Part shown: positions 10,049 through 18,645 of the stretch, piece by piece | How positions within the stretch are numbered: position 1 is the first letter of the stretch | How the letters are laid out: every line of letters starts with the position of its first letter | DNA from: Bacteriovoracaceae bacterium | GTDB lineage: Bacteria; Bdellovibrionota; Bacteriovoracia; Bacteriovoracales; Bacteriovoracaceae | DNA: 64,000 nucleotides | Assembly: GCA_965217035.1 (NCBI GenBank) | Contig: OZ244226.1 | Location: 744,001 to 808,000, forward strand | Direction: 5' to 3' | The notes under the pieces: model-generated | What the model saw: only the letters and a program-made list of their open reading frames with translations | Told to the model about the DNA's origin: nothing | Database searches by the model: none | Position numbers and translations under genes: made by a program

Positions 10049-10507
10049 ATGATATTTCGCAAATATGAAAATGAAAAGTCGGAACGCTTTCCGGAACAGT
10101 GGTCAGATCAGGTTTCTTTGTCTTTTAACGAGTATTTCAAAGAAAAGTACAAGCTCGAAGGAAAGATCTTCTATTGTTATGGATTTCTTTGCAAAGACGA
10201 ACTCCTCGTTGGGCTCTCTTTAAATAATGAAACGGAAAACCCAGAGTCTCCTATCACTGTCTTCCTTTCAAAAGATCTCACTGAAGAAGAACGAGAAAAA
10301 CCAAAAACTTTTGAAAAAGCAAAGCAAGAGATGCTCGATATTCTAGGGCTTATCTTCAGAGATTTACTCAATGAAGATGATGTTCCTTATTTTGGAGACT
10401 GGGCCAAATATGAGTACAAGAAAAATGAGTACTTTTATAAGGTTTCAAGAGAAGATTTAGAGCTCTATATTCAAGCTGAAGCGCTTTTAAACTCTAAAAC
10501 TTATTAA
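10049..10507 (+). CDS. Hypothetical acidic cytoplasmic protein
   Basis: 152-aa ORF, divergent from the thiolase. Confidence 0.65.
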   Translation: MIFRKYENEKSERFPEQWSDQVSLSFNEYFKEKYKLEGKIFYCYGFLCKDELLVGLSLNNETENPESPITVFLSKDLTEEEREKPKTFEKAKQEMLDILGLIFRDLLNEDDVPYFGDWAKYEYKKNEYFYKVSREDLELYIQAEALLNSKTY

Positions 10508-10531
10508 TCATTCTGCTATAAATCCCGATAA
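10505..10531 (+). promoter_or_regulatory. Sigma-28-like promoter, leaderless
   Basis: TAAT-N15-CCCGATAA, 7 nt before ATG 10539. An extended -10 TGcTATAAA overlaps it, so the sigma assignment is ambiguous. Confidence 0.5.
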
Positions 10532-10538
10532 TACTATT

Positions 10539-11312
10539 ATGAGAATAATAGTATTCCTGATGTTCACATTCCTCTTCGCTTGCTCAGAAGATAAAAAATC
10601 ACCTCTCGATACAGAGCAAAGCCAAGCTCAAATAGCTCAAGCCATTTCAGAACCAGGAAGTTGGAAGTTTAAAGTTCATGTTCATTATGATGTTCGTGCT
10701 GAACCCTATACGGGAAGTGTTTATCAGAACCAAAACAATCTCTGGGATATTTCAACTGCGAGCCTTGTTTCGCTTTTTCAATTTATTCAAGGACGGACTG
10801 TTGAAGTTCCACAATCATTAAATCAAATGAAACAAATAACTCCCCAACTCAATGATTCTTGGACGACAAGTGAACTTATTGAAGTCGCTGAACAATTTGC
10901 AGAACCTCTTTTAGGTAATTTTTTAATTAATGCTTATGTTATTTATCTAGAAGGAACATTTAAAGGTGACCTTAGTATTTTAGGGACCCATCTCAAAGGC
11001 AAAAACTATATCTTTATCTTTAAAGATGCGGTCAAAGCCATTAACGGGACTGATGAAGAAAGAAAAATAGCAGAACAAGCAACTATTCTTAAACAACTCG
11101 GCCATATGATGGGACTTGTGAACCAAGGAATCCCTCAAGTGACTAACCATGAAGATGATAACCATCCAGGACATTCCATACAAAGAGATTGTGTTATGTA
11201 CCATGCGATTGGAGATCCTAATCAAATTCTTAACTTCCTGTCTGATGAAATAACTAATAAAGAACTTAATTTCTATGGTGCAGAAGTGACAGCGGATATA
11301 AGCAATTTTTAA
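10539..11312 (+). CDS. Lipoprotein, zincin metalloprotease-like with a degenerate zinc motif
   Basis: Lipobox LFAC; ATILKQLGHMMGLVN...HED..HPGHS...CVMY, with KQLGH where HExGH is expected. Confidence 0.7.
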   Translation: MRIIVFLMFTFLFACSEDKKSPLDTEQSQAQIAQAISEPGSWKFKVHVHYDVRAEPYTGSVYQNQNNLWDISTASLVSLFQFIQGRTVEVPQSLNQMKQITPQLNDSWTTSELIEVAEQFAEPLLGNFLINAYVIYLEGTFKGDLSILGTHLKGKNYIFIFKDAVKAINGTDEERKIAEQATILKQLGHMMGLVNQGIPQVTNHEDDNHPGHSIQRDCVMYHAIGDPNQILNFLSDEITNKELNFYGAEVTADISNF

Positions 11313-11315
11313 ATA

Positions 11316-12203
11316 ATGAATATTTTAAAATACATTTTTATTATAAGTTTAATTATCAGTAATATATCTCTTGCCGAGGAATGCTCAAGGTATCTTAATC
11401 CAACATTCCCTCAATGGAGCTTTAGCAATTTGCCCAAATTTGAACCTTCTCAATTTCTCCCAACCGACTTTATAAAAGAAATTGAGAGTTCTCTAGGTCC
11501 GATTGAAGTAAAAATTACAGCTTCTCGAACCAAAATTAACTTTTCGTTATCAACACCTGATTTTTCAAATTTTATGCGCTGGCAACTTACAGACGAACCA
11601 AAAAACAACGCTTTAAGAATAGATAACCTTAACTTGAGAAATCCCTTAAACAAAAAGAAAAACTTACATCTTGTCCAAAAGGGAAAAGGGCTTCCTGGAG
11701 AAGTCTTTAGATTTGCCCGAAATCAACTCTTTGAACTCGTAAGAAAAGCTGACAGAAAGAGAATTCTTACGAATGGACCTCAAAATTATACTGTTTATCA
11801 ACTCTATTCCAAATTAGTTGGTATGACTCCTACAACAGAGAAAGGTAAGAAGTATCTCAAAATGTTAAACCAACATTACTCAACTGCTCGAAAACATTTC
11901 CCTGAAGAGTTTAGACCAAAGTCTTTAAATGATTTTTCGACTTCTATCGGGGGAGCTTTCTCTGACTATGGTGAAGACCTTGTCTATCAGATTTGGAAGG
12001 ACTATCAAGAAAATAAATTTTTAAGTGAAAAGATAAAACTGCTTTCCAATAAAAAAGGAGAAGTCATCGCATTCGCTTATCTAGAAGCAAATAAAGGCTA
12101 CCCTCACGTCTACTATCTTGATACATCTACTCCAAAAAAAGACATTCTACATTTTCACAATATAAGAAAAAATAGAGGGCTTGAGCTCGGAAAAGAGCTA
12201 TAA
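11316..12203 (+). CDS. Secreted hypothetical protein
   Basis: Signal peptide; 3 bp after the upstream gene. Confidence 0.65.
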   Translation: MNILKYIFIISLIISNISLAEECSRYLNPTFPQWSFSNLPKFEPSQFLPTDFIKEIESSLGPIEVKITASRTKINFSLSTPDFSNFMRWQLTDEPKNNALRIDNLNLRNPLNKKKNLHLVQKGKGLPGEVFRFARNQLFELVRKADRKRILTNGPQNYTVYQLYSKLVGMTPTTEKGKKYLKMLNQHYSTARKHFPEEFRPKSLNDFSTSIGGAFSDYGEDLVYQIWKDYQENKFLSEKIKLLSNKKGEVIAFAYLEANKGYPHVYYLDTSTPKKDILHFHNIRKNRGLELGKEL

Positions 12204-12207
12204 CCGA

Positions 12208-13128
12208 TTATTCATCTGATATTCTTACTCCAAGTGAGAAGTCCCTAGTCTCCGTCGCCACATCATCATCACCGTCATCGCTATCATCGATGTTTTCGAA
12301 CTCTTCGAGTTCTACTTCTGAATCAACAATATTGAGTTCTGAAAGAATCTTATTGAAGTCTCGATCATCTCTGAGGTCATCAATTAAAGCTTTTATATAA
12401 GACTCAGGGTATTTAGAGATAAGTTCTTCAATATAGCTCTGAAGCTTTCCTTCTTTGAGGATCTCTTTCTTTTGATTGATTTCCTTCCAATTCGCAATAT
12501 AGTGATAACGGCAATAAAGTCCTGTCGTTCTGATATTGTCACAACCTGGAAACATGCATTCATCAGAGTCAGGAATAAAAAGATCTAAAGAGAAAATCGC
12601 ATCTTCGATATCTTTCCAAGAAAAATATTCCTTAAGATCAACAATCTTTCCTTGAATATTCCCTGCAAGTTCATCAATTTCGTTTTGTGTTTCTTCATCA
12701 ACCTTCTTTTTAGAAGTTGATTCCTTTTTAGAATCTTTTTTTGAAGTTACTTTCGCAGACTTTGCATCAGCGGAAGCTGATGTTTTTTTGGGGGCAGCTT
12801 TTTGGGGAGCCTCTTTCTTTTTCACTACTTTCTTTACAGCTTTTTTCTGAACTGGCTTTTTCTTAACCTTTTTCTTTGTGGCTTTCTTCTTAACAGCCTT
12901 CTTCTTTACGGTCTTTTTCTTAGCCACCTTTTTCTTAACTGCTTTTTTCTTCTTAGCAACTTTTTTTGTTGTCTTCTTAGCTGCTTTCTTTTTCGTCGCT
13001 TTCTTTTTTACGGTCTTTTTCTTAGCCACCTTTTTCTTAACTGCTTTTTTCTTCTTAGCAACTTTTTTTGTTGTCTTCTTAGCTGCTTTCTTTTTCGTCG
13101 CTTTTTTCTTTTTCTTAGCTTTCGCCAT
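12208..13128 (-). CDS. Histone-H1/Hc2-like Lys/Ala-rich protein with a Cys/His-containing globular domain and acidic tail
   Basis: KKKATKKKAAKK repeats; C-x4-C-x9-C-x2-H (CMFPGC...YCRYH); start ATG 13128 with SD AGGAG. Confidence 0.75.
   Translation of the reverse strand: MAKAKKKKKATKKKAAKKTTKKVAKKKKAVKKKVAKKKTVKKKATKKKAAKKTTKKVAKKKKAVKKKVAKKKTVKKKAVKKKATKKKVKKKPVQKKAVKKVVKKKEAPQKAAPKKTSASADAKSAKVTSKKDSKKESTSKKKVDEETQNEIDELAGNIQGKIVDLKEYFSWKDIEDAIFSLDLFIPDSDECMFPGCDNIRTTGLYCRYHYIANWKEINQKKEILKEGKLQSYIEELISKYPESYIKALIDDLRDDRDFNKILSELNIVDSEVELEEFENIDDSDDGDDDVATETRDFSLGVRISDE
12905..13104. repeat. Intragenic tandem duplication with a 102-bp period (34 aa)
   Basis: 12905-13002 is identical to 13007-13104 by direct reading. 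Confidence 0.9.
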
Positions 13129-13161
13129 GAGTTTAGCTCCTAACTTAATTATTTTTTTCAT

Positions 13162-14298
13162 TTATCTTTTTGCAACATTGGCAGCGATTACCACGCGCTG
13201 AATTTCTGAGGTTCCTTCATAAATCTCAGTAATTTTAGCATCCCTAAAAAATCTTTCGACAGGATACTCTTTGGTATAACCATTCCCTCCACAGAGCTGA
13301 ATCGCTTTTGTAGTCACCCACATAGCTGTTTCTGCTGCAAAAAGTTTGGCATGGGCTGACTCAAGTGAGTATTGCATCTCTTTATTTTTCCGATGACTCG
13401 CATCGTAAATTAATAACCTCGAAGCACTAATCTTGGTACTCATATCAGCAATAATAAACTGAACGCCTTGAAGCTTATTCAAAGGAGCTCCAAACTGAAC
13501 TCTTTCTTTCGTATAATTATTAGCGTAATCAAAAGCCCCTTGAGCAATTCCAAGGGCCTGAGCCGCAATTCCAATCCGACCACCATCAAGAGTTGCCATT
13601 GCAACACGAAAACCTTTCTCTGGCTGACCAAGTAGATTCTCTTTGGGAATCTTAACCTTATCTAGAGCGATCTGAGCAGTTGATGACCCTTTGATTCCAA
13701 GCTTCTCTTCAATCTTGATAATGTTCCAACCTTCAGTTTTTGTATCAACAATAAAAGCGCTTATACCTTTATAATTATCAGTTTTTTGAGTCTTAGCGAA
13801 AACGATAGCAATGCCCGCTTCTTTTCCATTGGTAATCCAGTTTTTTACACCATTAAGCTCCCAATGGTCTCCCTTATCTTCGGCAAAAGTTGTCAATGAA
13901 CCGGCATCAGACCCAGCATTTGGTTCACTGAGACAAAAGCATCCAATATCTTGCCCACTCGCAAGCCTTGGGAGAAATTCTTGCTTTTGTTCTTCTGTTC
14001 CAAAATTAAGAATCGGCCAAGCACAAAGTGAGCTATGAGCAGAAACAAGAACTCCAGTCGAAGCACAGTTTCTCGAAAGCTCTTCTACCAAGATCGAATA
14101 ATCAAGGTAATCCATTCCCGCTCCACCATATTCTTCGGGAATGAACACTCCGAGAAAACCATTCTCAGCCAATTTTCCTACTAGTGAAGCTGGAATCTCT
14201 CCATTTTTATCAATATCCATCGCGAAAGGATGAACCTCATTATCTGAGAATTTTTTTGTAAGATCGCGAATTTCACTCTTCTCTTCATCAAGCAACAT
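13162..14298 (-). CDS. Acyl-CoA (butyryl-CoA-type) dehydrogenase
   Basis: FCLSEPNAGSD, LDGGRIGIAAQ, RDAKITEIYEGTSEIQR. Confidence 0.93.
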   Translation of the reverse strand: MLLDEEKSEIRDLTKKFSDNEVHPFAMDIDKNGEIPASLVGKLAENGFLGVFIPEEYGGAGMDYLDYSILVEELSRNCASTGVLVSAHSSLCAWPILNFGTEEQKQEFLPRLASGQDIGCFCLSEPNAGSDAGSLTTFAEDKGDHWELNGVKNWITNGKEAGIAIVFAKTQKTDNYKGISAFIVDTKTEGWNIIKIEEKLGIKGSSTAQIALDKVKIPKENLLGQPEKGFRVAMATLDGGRIGIAAQALGIAQGAFDYANNYTKERVQFGAPLNKLQGVQFIIADMSTKISASRLLIYDASHRKNKEMQYSLESAHAKLFAAETAMWVTTKAIQLCGGNGYTKEYPVERFFRDAKITEIYEGTSEIQRVVIAANVAKR

Positions 14299-14306
14299 AA
14301 TTCACC

Positions 14307-15158
14307 TTAATAATCGTAAAAACCTTTTCCAACTTTTTTCCCTAATCTTCCTTCAGCGACATATTGCTCAAGCAGAGGACAAGGCTGATACTTGTCATCT
14401 TTAAAGCCTTCGTGAAGAACCTGCATAATCGCCAGGCAGGTATCAAGTCCAATAAAATCAGCTAATGTTAACGGTCCCATGGGCACGTTTGTTCCAAGTT
14501 TCATGCCAGTATCAATATCTTCGGCAGTTGCAACATTTTCATAGAGCGCAAAAGCAGCTTCGTTAATCATTGGCATGAGGATCCGATTAATAATAAAACC
14601 TGGTCGATCATTAGATTTTACAAAAACCTTTCCCATACTTTCAGCAAGCTTCTCTGTAGTCTCAAAAACTTCTGCAGAAGTTTCATCACCGCGTATCCCT
14701 TCAACTAATTTCATTACTGGAACAGGATTCATAAAATGCATCCCAACGACTTGGGACGCCCTGCCAGTTTGAGTGGCAATTTCAGTAATAGGGATTGATG
14801 AAGTATTCGTGGCAAGAATCGCGTCAGCCTTTACCACCTGATCAAGCTCTTTAAAAATTTTAAACTTAATCTCTTTGTTTTCAGTAGCAGCCTCTATCAC
14901 AATATCGCAGTCCGCCAAACCTTCCATTGTTTCGGTGAGTGATAAGTTTTTAAGGGCCTCATCAGCCTTGGCCTGGTCGAACTTTCCTTTCTCAACACCT
15001 TTAGTGAGAAGTTTATCGATAAATGGGATTGCTTTATTTAAAGCTTCTGGAAAAGCGTCGAACAGAATAACTTCATATCCTGAAAAAGCAGCGACTTGGG
15101 CGATCCCTTTCCCCATTTGTCCTGCTCCAATGACTCCGACTTTCTTGACTAGTTGCAT
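14307..15158 (-). CDS. hbd: 3-hydroxybutyryl-CoA dehydrogenase
   Basis: GAGQMG, ATNTSS, GMHFMNPVPVM, PMGPLTLADFIGLD. Confidence 0.9.
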   Translation of the reverse strand: MQLVKKVGVIGAGQMGKGIAQVAAFSGYEVILFDAFPEALNKAIPFIDKLLTKGVEKGKFDQAKADEALKNLSLTETMEGLADCDIVIEAATENKEIKFKIFKELDQVVKADAILATNTSSIPITEIATQTGRASQVVGMHFMNPVPVMKLVEGIRGDETSAEVFETTEKLAESMGKVFVKSNDRPGFIINRILMPMINEAAFALYENVATAEDIDTGMKLGTNVPMGPLTLADFIGLDTCLAIMQVLHEGFKDDKYQPCPLLEQYVAEGRLGKKVGKGFYDY

Positions 15159-15264
15159 TGTAATTTCTAAACCTTGCTAAATCATATTGAATAGCGTAAT
15201 AAATAACCTCTTAAAAGTAGAGACAGTATAGAAATATTGTCATTAATTGGAAAGGAGTATTGCT

Positions 15265-15519
15265 TTGGCTAATCACAAATCAGCAGTAAAAAGGGCCCGG
15301 CAAAACGTTAAGAGAAGAAGTCATAACCGTACGAAAAAATCGGCAACTAGAACCGTGATCAAAAAGGTTAAGACAGCTGAGAAGAAAGAAGAAGCGACAG
15401 CACTTCTTAAAGAAGCTCAATCAAAATTGAGCAAGCTTGCTAAGACAAGTGCTATGAAGAAAAGTACAGCAGCTCGACTAACTTCTAGGCTTGCAAAACA
15501 AGTTAACAAACTTAGCTAA
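15265..15519 (+). CDS. rpsT: 30S ribosomal protein S20
   Basis: ANHKSAVKRARQ...AARLTSRL; TTG start at 15265 with SD AAGGAG. Confidence 0.95.
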   Translation: MANHKSAVKRARQNVKRRSHNRTKKSATRTVIKKVKTAEKKEEATALLKEAQSKLSKLAKTSAMKKSTAARLTSRLAKQVNKLS

Positions 15520-15552
15520 GTTACGTTTTAGTTTTTTTATTTTTTTTATATG

Positions 15553-15585
15553 AAGCCAAATGGAGAAGTCCATTTGGCTTTTTTT
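15553..15585 (+). terminator. Rho-independent terminator of rpsT
   Basis: AAGCCAAATGGA-GAAG-TCCATTTGGCTT followed by a T-tract. Confidence 0.9.
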
Positions 15586-15589
15586 ATAG

Positions 15590-16960
15590 TTATTTAGTTA
15601 ACCGACAACCTACTTTATCGTTCACATAGACAGCCTTAGAAAAAATAGCAGCAGATGTAAGGTGAGCTGTAACGTATCTTTTCGACTTTTTCTTAATAAA
15701 GTTGGTTAAAAAAGGGATAATCGGGATAGAAGCCTTTAAGTCCTCCCGGCATTGTTTCTTGCTTCTTTTTAAAACAAAAATACATGAACAATATTCTTTT
15801 GCAGCAAGAGATCGGAGAAGCTTAGGTACATAAGCATATTCATACCATGCAGGATTTTCTTTTTTATTTTCTTTTGTTTTCTTCTGAGACTTATAAAGTG
15901 AAGCATGAGTTTCCGAAGCAGTTTCAAGGCTTCCACCTTTCGACTTTATCAACGATTTAACCTCAGAGAAGAAATCTTTTCTTCTGAAAGATCTTCCCTT
16001 ATCAGTCGCCAAACGAACAATAACTAATTTTTGGCTAGGACTTGCAATAACCAATTGCCCTTGATGACCAATTAAAAGAATTGAATCACTTGGAAGATCT
16101 TTATACTCAGGAGCTAAGCCTCTTCCCGTAATGGGGAGATTCGTTGTGACTTGCATTGAATAAGCTCTGGTTTGTGAAGTTCCTTCTAGTGCCTCTTTTT
16201 CAACACCTTTCGCAAGTTCACTCATCTTATCGAAGTATCGTGTTGGAATAATTTGTTTTCCTTTATAAACTCCCTTATTCATTATTAAAGCACCAATTTT
16301 AAGGAAGTTTCTCGGAGTCATATAAATATAAGAAGAGCCAACAAAAGTTCCTTTAGAGTCTTGTTCAAAGGTTGCATCAATTCCAAGAGGAGTAAAAAAT
16401 CTTGTCCACGGATAAGCATCGTATTCCTCTTTAGACATCTTCTTTTTAAGAACTTCCATTAGAATATTTGTATCGCCACTAGAATAGTAGAAATAATCTC
16501 CAGGAACTTTTCCATTAAGAGGTTTATCCAATGTAAAAGGACCAAATCCTTTTTTAGGTCCTTTAAGATAGAGCATCTTTGTGACATCCATATTAACAGG
16601 AATGCCAGAATATCCTTCTTTGAATTTAATTCCTGATGACATTTGAAGAACATCTAAAATCGTCGCATTTCCTTGAAAGTCAGGAAAAGTTTTAGAGAGC
16701 TTTTCACCATACTTAAGCTTTCCGTCTTCTATAGCTTGTCCAACTAAAATCCCGGCAATAGTCTTAGCCGTAGACCAAGAAAGATGTTTTGAATTCTTAT
16801 CGTATCCTCGAGCATATTTTTCGTAGATGATTTCACCATCTTTTTGAATAATAACAGCATCGGTATTGACACCTTTTTCTCCAGAAAAGAGAACGCTCGA
16901 CATGCCCGAAGCAAATAAATTTGATGATAGAGATAAGAAAATTACAATTAATGCTTTCAT
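15590..16960 (-). CDS. Secreted serine hydrolase, beta-lactamase class C family
   Basis: SWSTAK (SxxK), YYSSG; signal peptide from MKALIV; C-terminal AKEYCSCIFV module. Confidence 0.85.
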   Translation of the reverse strand: MKALIVIFLSLSSNLFASGMSSVLFSGEKGVNTDAVIIQKDGEIIYEKYARGYDKNSKHLSWSTAKTIAGILVGQAIEDGKLKYGEKLSKTFPDFQGNATILDVLQMSSGIKFKEGYSGIPVNMDVTKMLYLKGPKKGFGPFTLDKPLNGKVPGDYFYYSSGDTNILMEVLKKKMSKEEYDAYPWTRFFTPLGIDATFEQDSKGTFVGSSYIYMTPRNFLKIGALIMNKGVYKGKQIIPTRYFDKMSELAKGVEKEALEGTSQTRAYSMQVTTNLPITGRGLAPEYKDLPSDSILLIGHQGQLVIASPSQKLVIVRLATDKGRSFRRKDFFSEVKSLIKSKGGSLETASETHASLYKSQKKTKENKKENPAWYEYAYVPKLLRSLAAKEYCSCIFVLKRSKKQCREDLKASIPIIPFLTNFIKKKSKRYVTAHLTSAAIFSKAVYVNDKVGCRLTK

Positions 16961-17089
16961 AAAAAGTCCCTCTAGAAACATTTTTCCTAAGTGTTTTGTA
17001 ACTCCATTACTGAACGAACGATTATTTATACACCAATAATGTGCCAGCATGTCATTTTTTGAAAAAATTTCATATCAAAAAAGAGTAAG

Positions 17090-17611
17090 TTATCCCGCGA
17101 GTCTTAAAAAAAGAAAGATAAGTACTCCTGTCACCGAAACATAAAGCCAAATGGGAAATGTCCATTTCGCGACTTTCTTATGAATGCTCCAGTTCTCCTT
17201 CCATGCCATAAAAAAAGTGAAAAGTACCATTGGAAGGGCAATAACAGAGAGAAGAATATGACTTATAAGAATAAAGAAATAAATAGGTCTAACGATCCCT
17301 TCTCCCATGAATTTTGTGTCACCATGGAAGAAATGATAAGCGATATAAGAGATTAAAAAGAGTGCTGAACTTACAAAAGCAAGCTTCATCATTCTTTCAT
17401 GAGACTCTCTTTTTTTGTTTTTGATATGGATAATCCCCATCACAAGACAACTCGCTGAAAGAGAATTAAAAATGGCATTCGCCAGAGGAAGGATTTCAAT
17501 AATAGGATGAGAAATAGCATTAGTAGGGTTTCGATAATAGATTAGCCATAACAAAAAAGTGATAGCGACCAGACTGACAATTCCAATAAGTGAGATATCT
17601 TTTTTAAGCAT
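17090..17611 (-). CDS. DUF420 family membrane protein
   Basis: NAIFN, H..MM..AF..S.LFL.SY, HKKVAKWTFPIWLYVSVTGV. Confidence 0.88.
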   Translation of the reverse strand: MLKKDISLIGIVSLVAITFLLWLIYYRNPTNAISHPIIEILPLANAIFNSLSASCLVMGIIHIKNKKRESHERMMKLAFVSSALFLISYIAYHFFHGDTKFMGEGIVRPIYFFILISHILLSVIALPMVLFTFFMAWKENWSIHKKVAKWTFPIWLYVSVTGVLIFLFLRLAG

Positions 17612-17841
17612 GTGAGGATAATAATCTGAAAAATGAACTCTGGCGAGCAAGATCTAAGAGTCGTTAAACCTTAGTCTCCTGCCATTCGAAAGCAGGACTC
17701 TCCGCTCCTGGATACAGTTCTCCTTTTGGACCAAAGATATACTCGGCACTCCAGAATTGATTCCCTCTAGAATCAGAGTTCTGGTTAGATTCGAATTTCC
17801 TCGCTAAAACATTTCCAGAATCATCGATAACGAGAAGGAAG

Positions 17842-18589
17842 TTATGGAGAATGATTCTCCTCTGAAGCTGTTTGAATCAAGTTCGCTTTCTCTTCCAATA
17901 TTTGTCCTATAATTGAAATAAGATCATTGAGCTTTAGCATCGAACCTATGGATATTAACAGTTTGATTTCCCTTCAACTCTGAAAAGTAAATAAGTGATT
18001 CCGCTGTATCTTCCGAAGCAACAAAACTCATCCTAGCTTTAATATTCGAGAAATATAGAGGTTCACCTTTTTTAATTCAATCAATATGCCAATCTAATCT
18101 TTTAGAGGTATCACTCTCTCCTAATACAATTGGAAACGGACGGCCGTGATATCAAAACTTGATTTCTGAAAAAAGTAAGCTTCAGCTTGACGCTTTCCTT
18201 CTCCATAATCAAAATTTTCTTTTGTTGCTATCTTAAGTTCATGTTTAAGAGGATCAAAAGCACTTTCTTTGATTCCCTCAATGGGAGCTTTCATAGGGTA
18301 AACTGACCTTGTCGAAGTAAGGATAGACTTCCCCACCTTCCCTTTTAAAAGCTCAGAAGTGATTTGAGCGTCATCTGAAGTATAGGTCGAACACGACATC
18401 CCAAGATTGTTGAGCAAGAGGTTCTAATGATTTTTGATCAGTCCTACTTCCAGAAAAATGAATAACTTAGTCTTTAAAAGGGTTTGTCTTTCTGGACACA
18501 AGAATAATTTGATCATCTCTTTTTAAGAGTTTCTTAACTAGCATCTTTCCGAAAAATCCTGTTCTTCCAAAAACAAAAACCTTACTCAT
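17842..18589 (-). pseudogene. Disrupted NAD-dependent epimerase/dehydratase (atypical SDR)
   Basis: ATG 18589 gives MSKVFVFGRTGFFGK then a frameshift. Further fragments in different frames: LVKKLLKR, WDVVFD, TSTRSVY...YGEGKRQAE (ORF 18121-18417), RLDWH*, RMSFVASED. Several stops and frameshifts. Confidence 0.8.
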
Positions 18590-18645
18590 ACAAAAACTAA
18601 CTCGACTAATTTTTCAATCTTAACTCAGTTATAAAGTTCTCATCT

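Noticed and set aside
12905..13104. Direct repeat as a CRISPR array or mobile element end
   Set aside because: Only two adjacent in-frame units inside a CDS; no spacers, cas genes or transposase
12802..13201. Phe/Leu-rich + strand ORFs that look like membrane proteins
   Set aside because: Antisense shadows of the Lys-codon repeats in the histone-like gene
18121..18417. 98-aa ORF as an intact gene
   Set aside because: It is an internal fragment of the epimerase pseudogene
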